A DNA stretch of 64,000 nt from an uncultured Verrucomicrobiae bacterium (GCA_963707025.1 CAVPOM010000006.1:766094-830093), one strand, 5' to 3'; numbered from the stretch's first letter, positions 32,944 to 42,362 are shown. Numbers and translations: made by a program. Notes: generated by a model from the letters alone, not told the origin.

Positions 32944-33686
32944 TCAGGCAGCGGCGCTTATCATTGCCGGCGAAGCGGATTCGGGCGAGGTATTCTGGCC
33001 ATTCATCGGAAGAAGGAGACGATAGCCGGCGCTGCCTTCGGTTTGGATCGCACTTTCGTTGCCGGCTCCGTTCAACTTTCGGCGGAGACTGCGGATATAG
33101 ACGTGAAGATCGTGAAGTTTGTGTTCCGAGTCTATTCCCCAAACGCAACGGAGCAGATGTTTGCATGTGACCAGTTTTCCGGCATGCCGGGTGAGTATGT
33201 AAAGCACGGCCTCTTCGGTCGGTGTAAGATCCACTCGGCGACCCCCAAGGGCGACCCGATGGGACATAACGTCCACTTCCAGGCCGCCGTTTATGAACAG
33301 AGGGCCGTCGGGCTCACACGGCATCGAACGCTGGAGGACGCGCAGACGCGCCAGCAATTCAGAAGCGCCGAAGGGTTTGGTCATATAGTCATTCGCCCCG
33401 CTGTCCAGCCCCGCCACCTTGGTGCTCTCGTCGTCCCGGGCCGACAGAATCAGGACCGGAGCCGGTTCCATTCGCGCAATTGCAGCAGCACGGTGAGGCC
33501 GTCTATATCCGGCAAAGCCAGGTCCAAAATGATCACATCCGGTCGCCGCGCTACTGCTTCTTTAATCCCAGTCTGGCCACACTCGGCTTCATAGACTTTG
33601 TAATGGTGCGGTTCCAGGACGGCGCGCAGCAGGCGTCGGATCGGACGGTCCGCATCTATAAGCAAGGCGGTCGGATTGGGTTTCAT
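32944..33686 (-). CDS. kdpE: KdpE-like OmpR-family response regulator (frameshift near 33465)
   Basis: PDVIILDLALPD, DYMTKPF, LTPTE, LHVYIRSLRRKL and GYRL motifs. Confidence 0.75.
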
Positions 33687-33786
33687 TGGGCATCCTTCAT
33701 GGCGCTTCGCGGGACAGTCATTCGCGGCGTGTAGATTCACACGCCATGGCCCAGTTCGGCGCGGCTGAAACTTCTTTCATGTCACA

Positions 33787-33852
33787 AATATGAAGCTGCT
33801 TGATCCCGACGGCTAGTAAAAAGCAAAGCAAATCCCGTAAAAAAATTGTAAA
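33787..33852 (-). promoter_or_regulatory. KdpE-type box plus -10 element, facing the regulator gene
   Basis: TTTACA-N5-TTTACG, then 43 nt, then CATATT. Confidence 0.65.
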
Positions 33853-33891
33853 AAAGCCGAAAGGACCAGGAGGTCAACACTATCCCGGCTC

Positions 33892-33957
33892 TTGATATTC
33901 TTTTTACGCCCTTTGCCCCGCTTTTAATTACCCCGGAAACTGCTCGTGTGACATAGT
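33892..33957 (+). promoter_or_regulatory. KdpE-type box plus -10 element, facing the kinase gene
   Basis: TTGATA-N5-TTTACG, then 43 nt, then CATAGT. Confidence 0.65.
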
Positions 33958-33963
33958 GCATGC

Positions 33964-35091
33964 ATGAAAAACGCGATGAGCATTTGCAGCACAGAGGAGC
34001 GGTTGGCGGTTGCCGCCCCTTTGAGGCAACCATCGCGTTTTCATGAAGGAACGGCAACACCTGCATTCGGAGTCGAAAACAACCAGGCATCCTCAACCTG
34101 TCCTGCCTCTTTTTCCATGACGAACGACCTTCAGGTTGGCCAGGTGTTGGATGATCGTTTCAAGATTTTGGCTGTCATCAATCGCGGTGGAATGGCCTGG
34201 ATCTACGAGGCCCTGGATCGTCAGACCGGACGATCCGTGGCTCTGAAAGTTCCATTCCTTGAGATGGAATGCGATCCAGGCTTCCTTTCCCGGTTTCAAC
34301 GCGAAGAGAATATCGGCCTTACCTTGGACCACCCCTGTATTGTGCATGTTCTGCCTGCCGCGGAAAAGAGCCGGCCCTACATCGTGATGGAACACCTCGC
34401 AGGCCAGACCCTGGCCGCCGTTCTTCGCGAAAAAGCCCCCTTGCCTGAAAGCGAAGCCGTGCGCATCGTCAGCCGGATTTGCGAGGGGCTTGAGTACCTG
34501 CACCGGAAAGGAGTGGTGCATCGGGACTTGAAGCCGGACAACGTCATCCTCTGCAAGGATGGCACCATTCGCATCATGGATTTTGGCATTGCCAAATCCG
34601 AACATGTGCGGCGTCTCACGGTTGTCAACTTCCTGGCTGCGATGGGTACGCCCGACTACATCGCGCCGGAGCAGGTCCAGGGAAAGCGCGGTGATGCCCG
34701 GACCGACATTTATGCGCTGGGAGCGATGCTCTACGAAATGACCACGGGCTATCCTCCCTACGACGGCGACAACCCTTATGTCATCATGAATGCCCGCCTC
34801 GCCGGGGATCCCGAAGCGCCCCGCCACCGAAACCCGCGATTATCCCCCGAAATTGAGGAGATTATTTTACACGCCCTTGAACGCAACCCGTCGAAGCGAT
34901 TCCCATCCGCTGCCTCCATGAGGGAGGAGTTGAACAACTACAGCGAGGTCCATTTGACGGAACGATCCAAAAGGCTGCTATCTCCCCAACTTTGGAAAGC
35001 ACGTTTCCCATGGTTGCCGACAATCGCTGTTTTTGTTGCTCTCCAAATTGCGGTTTTCTTTCTTCTCTCCAGTCTCCTGAGTCAGAAATAG
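33964..35091 (+). CDS. Hanks Ser/Thr kinase with C-terminal TM anchor
   Basis: RGGMA, VALK, HRDLKPDN, DFG and GTPDYIAPEQ motifs; alternative start at 34117. Confidence 0.92.
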   Translation: MKNAMSICSTEERLAVAAPLRQPSRFHEGTATPAFGVENNQASSTCPASFSMTNDLQVGQVLDDRFKILAVINRGGMAWIYEALDRQTGRSVALKVPFLEMECDPGFLSRFQREENIGLTLDHPCIVHVLPAAEKSRPYIVMEHLAGQTLAAVLREKAPLPESEAVRIVSRICEGLEYLHRKGVVHRDLKPDNVILCKDGTIRIMDFGIAKSEHVRRLTVVNFLAAMGTPDYIAPEQVQGKRGDARTDIYALGAMLYEMTTGYPPYDGDNPYVIMNARLAGDPEAPRHRNPRLSPEIEEIILHALERNPSKRFPSAASMREELNNYSEVHLTERSKRLLSPQLWKARFPWLPTIAVFVALQIAVFFLLSSLLSQK

Positions 35092-35109
35092 ATTGCATAA
35101 ATCATCCAG

Positions 35110-35308
35110 ACTCCAGAATCGCTTTGGCGCCGAAACCGCCCGCCCCTTCGCCGTCGTCATTATTGGCGGCCTCATCACCGGCACCGTCCTTACTCTGTTT
35201 ATCCTGCCATTGCTCTTTCCTTTCTTTGAATCGAAAGAGGATCAGAGCATGTCCTTGGTCAACCTGGAAGAGCAACGCCGGGTCAACCCAGGAACCTCGC
35301 CCGCATAA
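35110..35308 (+). pseudogene. C-terminal relic of a CusA/CzcA RND permease
   Basis: GAETARPFAVVIIGGLITGTVLTLFILP matches the last TM of RND pumps; no upstream gene body. Confidence 0.7.
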
Positions 35309-35390
35309 CCCGGCCTGTGCCACAAAAAAGCCCATCGGCCAATGCGCCTCCGCTACCTGCGCCGAAAACGGCAGGCCCGGCCGCCCAGCA

Positions 35391-37190
35391 TCAATGCCCG
35401 TGCTTTTTGGCGGTGCTGAGGTACCACCAGAGCAGGAGAAAGAGGAGGATGTTCAGCAGGACCAGGCCGGCGACAATGGGCACCATGCGGTAGCGCGTTT
35501 TCCAGATTTGCGGAGGCTGGAGCCGCCGCCAGCGCTCCGTCAAGGGCACCTTTTCGTAATCGTCCAAGTCGGCTTTCATGGCGGCGGCGGATGGGTAACG
35601 GTTGGCCGGGTTGCGCTCCAGGGCGTGGAGGATGATTTCCTCCAGGACGGGGGTGAGTTTGGGGTTGACTTTGCGCGGCGGGGCGGGATCGCCGGTGAGC
35701 CGGGAGTTCATCACCACGTAGGGATTCTCACCCTCGAAGAGAGTCGAGCCGGTGGCCATTTCATAGAGAATGGCGCCCAGGCTGTAAATATCGGTGCGCT
35801 CGTCGCCGCGTTTGCCCTGGACTTGTTCGGGGGCCATGTAATCGGGGGTGCCCATGGCCGGGGTGAACCCGACGAAGGTCATGCGCCGGGCCTGGGCGGA
35901 CTTGGCGATGCCAAAATCCATGATGCGAATGGAGCCGTCCCGGCAGAGCATGATGTTTTGGGGCTTGAGATCCCGATGCACCACCTTCTGCTGGTGCAGG
36001 TATTCCAAGGCCTCGCAGATGCGGCTGGCAATGGCCACGGCATCGGCCTCGGGCAGCGGTTTGACTTCCTTGAGCAGGTCGGCCAAGGTGCGGCCTTCCA
36101 GGTACTCCATGACAATGTAGGGCCGGCTTTTTTGCTCCTCCACCGGAATGATTTTCAGCACCAAAGGGTGGCGGAGGGTCTGGCCGATTTCCTCCTCGCG
36201 CTCGAAGCGGGTGGACCCGGCCACATCGCTCTCGAACTGCATGTGCGGCACTTTGATGGCGACGGTTTGGCCGGTTTTGCGGTCGCGCGCCTTGTAAATG
36301 CAGGCCATGCCGCTGCGGCTGACGCACTCCGCGATTTCAAACCGGTTGTCGAGCACGGCGCCCGCGCTGTATTCTGCTTTGGCTTCCACAGTATGATTTT
36401 TCAGATAACCGGTCTGGACACCGCGAAAAAAAATGGCCCGATGCACCTGGTTGATGCGGATGACCTGAATGGAGATGTTATCCTCGCCGTTGCGTTTCTC
36501 AACCAATTTCAACAGGAGCCGGGCGGCTTCGGCCGGCTCGTGATGGCTGACCAAGTCCAGGATTTCCACGTCGGTGGCGAAGCCGTAGAGGCCGTCGGTG
36601 CAGAGCACAATGGTGTCCTGCGGATAGACTTCGCGCTTGATGAAATCCAGGCGGCAAATCGGTTCGCCGCCCAGGCTGCGGGTCAGGAGGGAACGGTCGG
36701 GGCTGGTCATGGCGTCGTTCTCCCGGATCAAGCCGTATTTGAGGCGAAAACCAACCTGGTTGTGATCGGTGGTCAGTTGTTCGATGCGGCGGCGGCGAAC
36801 CAGATAGGCGCGGGTGTCGCCCACGAAGCCGATGGTCACTTCGTTATGACGGAAAACCGCCGCCGTCAGCGTGGTACACATCTGGCCCAGTTCGGGGTTT
36901 TTCAGGGAGTCGTCATAAATGGCCTTGCTGGCTAAATCAAAGGCCTGGCGGATGACCCGGCGCGGATCCGGGGCGGAATTGGCCGTGCAGAATACATCCA
37001 GGGCGCTTTGCACGGCCAGGGCGCTGGCGATTTCGCCGCGGCGGCTCCCGCCCACGCCGTCCGCCATCACCGCGATGGCACCGTGGTCCCGCCGGTCCTC
37101 GGCGGTGTCCGGCTGCCAGAAACCGACCTGATCCTCGTTGTTGGAACGCACCGGACCGGGGACGCAAATTTCAGCGTAAGTCAGTTCCAT
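35391..37190 (-). CDS. Bifunctional PP2C phosphatase - Ser/Thr kinase with C-terminal TM
   Basis: RSNNED, ADGVGG, VGDTRAY, LCTDGL and EDNIS, followed by HRDLKPQN, DFG and APEQ. Confidence 0.93.
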   Translation of the reverse strand: MELTYAEICVPGPVRSNNEDQVGFWQPDTAEDRRDHGAIAVMADGVGGSRRGEIASALAVQSALDVFCTANSAPDPRRVIRQAFDLASKAIYDDSLKNPELGQMCTTLTAAVFRHNEVTIGFVGDTRAYLVRRRRIEQLTTDHNQVGFRLKYGLIRENDAMTSPDRSLLTRSLGGEPICRLDFIKREVYPQDTIVLCTDGLYGFATDVEILDLVSHHEPAEAARLLLKLVEKRNGEDNISIQVIRINQVHRAIFFRGVQTGYLKNHTVEAKAEYSAGAVLDNRFEIAECVSRSGMACIYKARDRKTGQTVAIKVPHMQFESDVAGSTRFEREEEIGQTLRHPLVLKIIPVEEQKSRPYIVMEYLEGRTLADLLKEVKPLPEADAVAIASRICEALEYLHQQKVVHRDLKPQNIMLCRDGSIRIMDFGIAKSAQARRMTFVGFTPAMGTPDYMAPEQVQGKRGDERTDIYSLGAILYEMATGSTLFEGENPYVVMNSRLTGDPAPPRKVNPKLTPVLEEIILHALERNPANRYPSAAAMKADLDDYEKVPLTERWRRLQPPQIWKTRYRMVPIVAGLVLLNILLFLLLWWYLSTAKKHGH

Positions 37191-37279
37191 CGTTTGCCTT
37201 GGTAACGACAAATGCGGCTGGCCTTCCATTCACGGGTCAAGGCCAGCCGCACCGGGAGGAAAAACTCCCGCAAGTTGAC

Positions 37280-39307
37280 TCAGACGGTTTGAGGTTTTGA
37301 GGTGAGAATGATTTCCTTTCCTTTGGACTTGCTGCTCATGAAGAAGTAAACGGTGCCGATAATGACCCAGACCGCCACCCCAAGGAGAGCGAGGTAAGGC
37401 GCCTTTGGATCCATACCTGCGACGAAGGACGGGCCGAGCACATAAAACAACATGCAACCCAAGTTGGCCAGGAGTCCGAAGGCCGGGACGAACATGTGCT
37501 TGAAGCCGTTGAAGGTGTGGTGCTCGCGGAAGGCTATAATGGCCACGATGCAGGTGGTCATATAGAGCAGGAACGTGCCGAAGTTGCTGATCAGCGTGAT
37601 GATCAGCACGCTGTTGGGCAGGCTCACGTAAGAATGCGGCGAGAAGATGCCGACGCTATACCAGAAAGTGTGCTCAAATTGTTTTTCCAACGGCGCCAAG
37701 TCCGCGCTTTGGCCGCCCAGATAGACCACGGTGGTCAGAATGCCGATGATGATGGAAATCCCGGCCAGGAACCAGACCGAGCGATGCGGGGTGAGGTTCT
37801 TGCCGTGCAACATGCCAAACTGGGTTGGAACTTCCTCATCGCGGCCCATGGCATAAGTCACCCGCGCCCCCGTGTTCATGCACGACAGGGTCGTGCCGAT
37901 CAAAGCCAGAAAGACCGTGAACGCCTCGATGAGCATGAAGGCCTTGCCCGCCGAATAGCTGCCAAAAGCCCAGGTGCCCACCAGAATCATCATGTCCCCG
38001 ATGGGCGCTCCGGAAGCGCCGGCGTTGGTGGTCGTGTAACCGCTGTTTAGGAAATAATTGGCGGCGAAATACTCGAACAGGTAACAGATCGCCCCTTGAA
38101 TCACCAGCGAGAGCAGGATGGCCCGCCCAATGTCCTTCTTCGGATTCTTGGCCTCTTCACCCATGGACGACACCGATTCGAAGCCCACCAGCAGCAGAAT
38201 CGCCACGCACGCCTGAATCAGGACCGAACCGAATCCATGCGGCGCCACGACCGAAGCGGCGTTCGTGTGGAAATTAAACGTGGTCGGGTCTTTATCCGTG
38301 CCCGCGCCGGTGACAGCATCCGCCGGCTTGTAGCTCATGATGAAGGGATCGGCGGTGGGTTTGCCATCCTTGTCCAAAATCACGTTGCCTTTGTCGTCCT
38401 GCTTCCAAGCCGGATAAGGGTCGCCTTCGCCCAAGCCCATGGCGGTCAGGCCGACCAGATCAACGGCATTGGTGTTCTTGGCCTTGTCCAGGTCGTCCTT
38501 GGCCACCATGCGGTCCTGTTGCTTGTAAATGGGCTGGCCCTTGGCGTCCACTTTGGGTGTGCTGGCTTTGTCGGCCCAAGTGTCCTGGACCGGCTTGCCC
38601 TTGTCGTCGGTGACGTTGACCTGGGCCACATTATAGTTGATTGGCGCTCCACCGGAAAGATGCAAGCCGACTTTGCCGTCGCCGTGGCTGGAGCGATAGG
38701 CGATGGCCATGATGGAGAAGGCGATCAAGGCGGTAATCTGGATGACGTTGATCCCCATGTTGACGGCCGTCGTGCCATTGACCCCGCGATAGGCGATGTA
38801 ACCGACGCCGAGGGAGAACACAATGCAGAACAGCCACATGAAGAGGGGACTGTTGTAGGTGCCGCTGAAGGTGGAGGGGAAGACCTGTCCGGCCAGCCAG
38901 CCGGCGAGGATGGCGGTGACGCCGACCATCAGCCCGGTATAAATCCAGTAATACAGGTGGCTGTTCCAGCCGGTGAAAAACTTGACCACGCGCGCCCACT
39001 TGAAGGCGCGGGTTTTGGAGAGGAAGGCCTGCTCGGCGAACAGGTAGGAGGAGCCGGCGCCGGGATACAACTTGGAGAGTTCCGCGTAGCTGACGGCCGT
39101 GGCAAAGCACAAGAGCAACGCAAACACCAAGCCCAGCCACATGCCGGCGGCAGCCAGCGGCGCCCCGTACAAGGACTGCTCCTGATAGGTGAGCCAGAGA
39201 AACGCTCCGGGGGCGATCAGCGCCATGGCGTTGATCGTCAGGCCGGTCAGGCCCAGTGTCGGCTTCATCGTGGTCGGTTTTTCCGAGGGTGAGTTAGCGG
39301 ATGCCAT
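37280..39307 (-). CDS. APC family permease with a large periplasmic insertion
   Basis: YAELSKLYPGAGSSY, GFESVSSMGEEAKNPKK and ARVTYAMGRD motifs; about 12 TMs. Confidence 0.9.
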   Translation of the reverse strand: MASANSPSEKPTTMKPTLGLTGLTINAMALIAPGAFLWLTYQEQSLYGAPLAAAGMWLGLVFALLLCFATAVSYAELSKLYPGAGSSYLFAEQAFLSKTRAFKWARVVKFFTGWNSHLYYWIYTGLMVGVTAILAGWLAGQVFPSTFSGTYNSPLFMWLFCIVFSLGVGYIAYRGVNGTTAVNMGINVIQITALIAFSIMAIAYRSSHGDGKVGLHLSGGAPINYNVAQVNVTDDKGKPVQDTWADKASTPKVDAKGQPIYKQQDRMVAKDDLDKAKNTNAVDLVGLTAMGLGEGDPYPAWKQDDKGNVILDKDGKPTADPFIMSYKPADAVTGAGTDKDPTTFNFHTNAASVVAPHGFGSVLIQACVAILLLVGFESVSSMGEEAKNPKKDIGRAILLSLVIQGAICYLFEYFAANYFLNSGYTTTNAGASGAPIGDMMILVGTWAFGSYSAGKAFMLIEAFTVFLALIGTTLSCMNTGARVTYAMGRDEEVPTQFGMLHGKNLTPHRSVWFLAGISIIIGILTTVVYLGGQSADLAPLEKQFEHTFWYSVGIFSPHSYVSLPNSVLIITLISNFGTFLLYMTTCIVAIIAFREHHTFNGFKHMFVPAFGLLANLGCMLFYVLGPSFVAGMDPKAPYLALLGVAVWVIIGTVYFFMSSKSKGKEIILTSKPQTV

Positions 39308-39463
39308 ACTTTTGTTTTTTATGTTTTATTGTTTGTTGTTATTAAGGGTTTTGATTCCGGGAAGGCGGTTTTGCATTGCGCGACCAGCGCATTTCCGCCA
39401 GCGATCCCAACTCGGAACCACTTCCAACTGTCTTTTCAGGGCTTGTGCCATTAACATTCCATT

Positions 39464-39479
39464 AGCAAAGTCAGTGCCA
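39464..39479 (-). promoter_or_regulatory. sigma54 promoter of the APC permease / PP2C-kinase operon
   Basis: TGGCACTGACTTTGCT, a near-perfect consensus. Confidence 0.85.
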
Positions 39480-39546
39480 ACGGTTTAAGCGGGCAGCGAA
39501 TAACATCCTGAGCCATAATGTATTACGAATTAAAAAATTTATAATC

Positions 39547-39584
39547 TTACAAATTCATTACAAGTACAATACAATTTTTAACAT
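39547..39584 (+). promoter_or_regulatory. Phased hexamer repeats (OmpR-family-like boxes)
   Basis: TTACAA 39547, TTACAA 39558, ATACAA 39569, TAACAT 39579. Confidence 0.4.
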
Positions 39585-39712
39585 TGTGTTAACCTTGCGA
39601 TTGGTTCATTTTGGTCAGATTGCCACTTTCCAAACATCTTCTGGCCAAATATTAAGGCAGAATTAAAAAGGGGGCGGTTGCCATCACAAATCCATTAAAT
39701 AGTAAGCCGTTC

Positions 39713-40500
39713 GTGGACAACGCAGCCACGTTTGTGGTACAGGACTTGCAGTCGGAATTCCATCTTAACGGAACCCATGCGATTGAGCCGGAGACAACAG
39801 ACAGCACCGAGGCTGACGAAAAAGTCAAAAACGGCATTCGTTACCTCGGCGTGAGGGAGCGCGCCGACAAATCTGTCGTGGCGCTCATCATTGATGGTGA
39901 ACGGCAAATGCGCAGCCTTCTGCGCATGATACTGGAACCCCAGGGCTACCGGGTTTATGAAGCCAAAACCGGGCAGGAGGGGTTGACCCACGCCGTGCAA
40001 TGCCGCCCGGAAATCATCATACTTGATCTGGGCCTGCCGGACATGGAAGGTACGGAGGTCTTGTTGCGATTCCGCGAATGTAGCTCCGTTCCGGTGGTAG
40101 TCTTGTCCCTGCGCGACCGGGAGGAGGACAAGGTGGCGGCGCTGGACGCGGGGGCGGATGATTTCGTGACCAAACCATTTGCCACCAATGAACTGCTGGC
40201 GCGACTGCGCGTGGCCCAACGACATGCGCGGCCGGGAATGCGCAGGCCCTTTTTAAAAGCGGGCCGCTGACGGTGGACCTGGCTTCGCGCAGCGTCATAG
40301 TCAACCGCAAACTGGTGAAGCTGACCGGGACGGAGTACGCGCTGCTCCGGCTGTTTGTCCGCAATGCCGGCAAGGTGCTCACCCATCCTCAAATCATGGA
40401 AGCGGTCCCCGGCAAGCCTGCCTTGCTGTTGACGGAGGCGAGGCGGGGGGGGTACCGGTTGAACGTTGAATCCCCCGCCCAGCCTGGAGTGGAGCGTCCG
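39713..40500 (+). pseudogene. Second KdpE-like response regulator; frameshift near 40240 and recognition helix missing (3' end uncertain)
   Basis: ILDLGLPD, LDAGADDFVTKPF and LTGTEY motifs; GKVLTHPQIMEAV is joined directly to PGKPALLLTE. Confidence 0.7.
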
Positions 40501-40565
40501 CCAGTCAAAGCCGCCACGACGCTGGCTGCCGGCGCCGCTCCCGCGCCAAAGGAGAAATCATATTT

Positions 40566-40902
40566 ATGCCTGACCAACCCGATCTCAAAACACCTCTTCT
40601 TGAGCCTCTGGAAACGGCCGTCGTTCCCGCCACCACGCCGCCGCTCGTCATCCAGGATTTCTTCAAAAAGAACACCGGGGTGAAATTCGCCATCATTTTT
40701 GGCGAATTCAAGACCCGGTTCTTCGAGAAGACCGAAAACCCGGTTCCGGAGGCGACCTACCGCAAATACAAGCTGCTGCGCCCTTCGCATTGGCTGGGCC
40801 GGCGATGGCTGGGTGATGGATGCCATTTCCGTGCAGGACCCCCTGGCCTGGAATGGCAAACACGAAGTATTCTGTCCGCTCGCCGGCACGGAGCGCCCTT
40901 GA
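40566..40902 (+). CDS. Hypothetical protein (frameshifted, possibly internally deleted)
   Basis: SD-like GGAG before the ATG; coding-like sequence that switches frame near 40790. Confidence 0.45.
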
Positions 40903-40949
40903 AAAGGGGGAATCCGGCCAGGGGCGCGCCAGTCCATCCCCGCGTTCAA

Positions 40950-40982
40950 TAAAAAGCCCCTCCCGTTTTTTGCGGGAGGGGC
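40950..40982 (-). terminator. Intrinsic terminator of the porin gene
   Basis: GCCCCTCCCG/CGGGAGGGGC stem with a T-tract on the minus strand. Confidence 0.75.
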
Positions 40983-41001
40983 CGAATGATTCCAAGTTAA
41001 C

Positions 41002-42258
41002 TTAGAATTTGTAGATGACGTTGGCCGCGATCGTGATGTCGTTGTGCTTGGTCGGGGTTCCTGGCACAGTGCCGCCGAAGTGAGGACTTCCGTCAGCGGA
41101 AGTATCCCAACGGAACTCCAACCGGCTGATCACGTTGTCCCACAGTTGGTACTGAACGGTTTCGGTCAGCGCCATCACTTTGGCTTCCTGCGGAACGCCA
41201 TTGGCCGCAAGATAGGCTCCATTCTCAGCGAACATGCTGTCAAACGCCGAGCCGTGGGCATATTCGGCGCGAGAGTTGAGGGTGAGTTTATCCGTCGCCT
41301 TGTACGACAGGTAGGCAGCCACCGTCGAGGCATAGCCTTCCACCGGGCCCAAGTCCGAATTATTGACCGTGTCCCAAGCCGCGCCCAAGGTCAGGCCTGT
41401 GACTGGGGTGTTGACGGTCGCGCCGACATATAGATGGGTCTTATCCACCACATGAGAATTCGCTGCCGGGGTGAAATAAGTGCCGGGCGCGGGATGGCTA
41501 TAGGCATTACCAGGACCGTAATCCAAGCCGACATAAAGGCCGGAGCCTTTGAGAGAACCCCAACTGTCGGGCGCGGTCAGACTGAGCAAGCTGACGATCG
41601 CTTTTTTGCTTTCAATGGTCGAAGGCACAACCCCTTCATCAAAGATCGGAGTGCCGCCGCTCATATTGCGGTTGAAACCGGCTGTCAACTCATTGGCGAC
41701 GCCTACTTGCAAGGAGACGCAGTCACTGAATTTATAGGACGCCAAAATGCCGATGTGTTCGGTGGGTTCGATGGTGTAGCCGTAAGAACGCGTAAAGTTC
41801 GGGTTCTTGTAGCTGTCGGTGGATTCGTAGCCAATGAGATTGTCCCACTGGCCAATCTGGAAGTCCAAGCCGTTGCCAACCGGGGCGCGCAAGGCGACGT
41901 AGGCTTGGCGAATCGGCGCGAAATCGCCCAGAGCGGCAAAAGAATCCGGGCCGTAATTCAGTTCGGCGGTGTAACCGGCCGACCATTGTCCCTCGTCCAA
42001 GGGTTTGGAGAGTTTAATGTCAACCATGTTCACGTTGAATCCGTCCTGTTTGCCGCCGTTGAACGAGTAGGGCGCGGGATTGCCGTTGCCCGTGCCCGGG
42101 TTCCATACGGCCGACGTGTCAACGTAGCCACTGATGGTGGTTGCCGACAACGCGGTCACCGGTATCGGGGTCGGCGCGGCCATTTGGGCGCGCAGACCAG
42201 GGGCGAGGCTGACCAACCCGACGGCGGCCAAACCTAATGTCCATTTATTCATTTTCAT
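41002..42258 (-). CDS. Outer-membrane beta-barrel porin (putative porin-2 / DUF1597-like)
   Basis: Signal peptide, ISGYVD, IRQAYV, IGYE and NFTRSY motifs; terminal YKF. Confidence 0.8.
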   Translation of the reverse strand: MKMNKWTLGLAAVGLVSLAPGLRAQMAAPTPIPVTALSATTISGYVDTSAVWNPGTGNGNPAPYSFNGGKQDGFNVNMVDIKLSKPLDEGQWSAGYTAELNYGPDSFAALGDFAPIRQAYVALRAPVGNGLDFQIGQWDNLIGYESTDSYKNPNFTRSYGYTIEPTEHIGILASYKFSDCVSLQVGVANELTAGFNRNMSGGTPIFDEGVVPSTIESKKAIVSLLSLTAPDSWGSLKGSGLYVGLDYGPGNAYSHPAPGTYFTPAANSHVVDKTHLYVGATVNTPVTGLTLGAAWDTVNNSDLGPVEGYASTVAAYLSYKATDKLTLNSRAEYAHGSAFDSMFAENGAYLAANGVPQEAKVMALTETVQYQLWDNVISRLEFRWDTSADGSPHFGGTVPGTPTKHNDITIAANVIYKF

Positions 42259-42362
42259 CAATCAGTTCCTCCTGCATTGTTGTTGTTGATTCGTTTCTAT
42301 GCGTCTTTTTTGGGGGTAAAAGACAGTTTACCCACCCGCACCAAAACGGTGCATTAAGGCGG

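Noticed and set aside
37280..39307. Calling the permease KimA
   Set aside because: It ends shortly after the last TM and lacks the cytosolic C-terminal domain. The substrate is unknown.
39308..39460. c-di-AMP or other riboswitch before the APC permease
   Set aside because: A GGCGG/CCGCC stem exists, but I could not find the conserved ydaO elements. An Infernal search would settle it.
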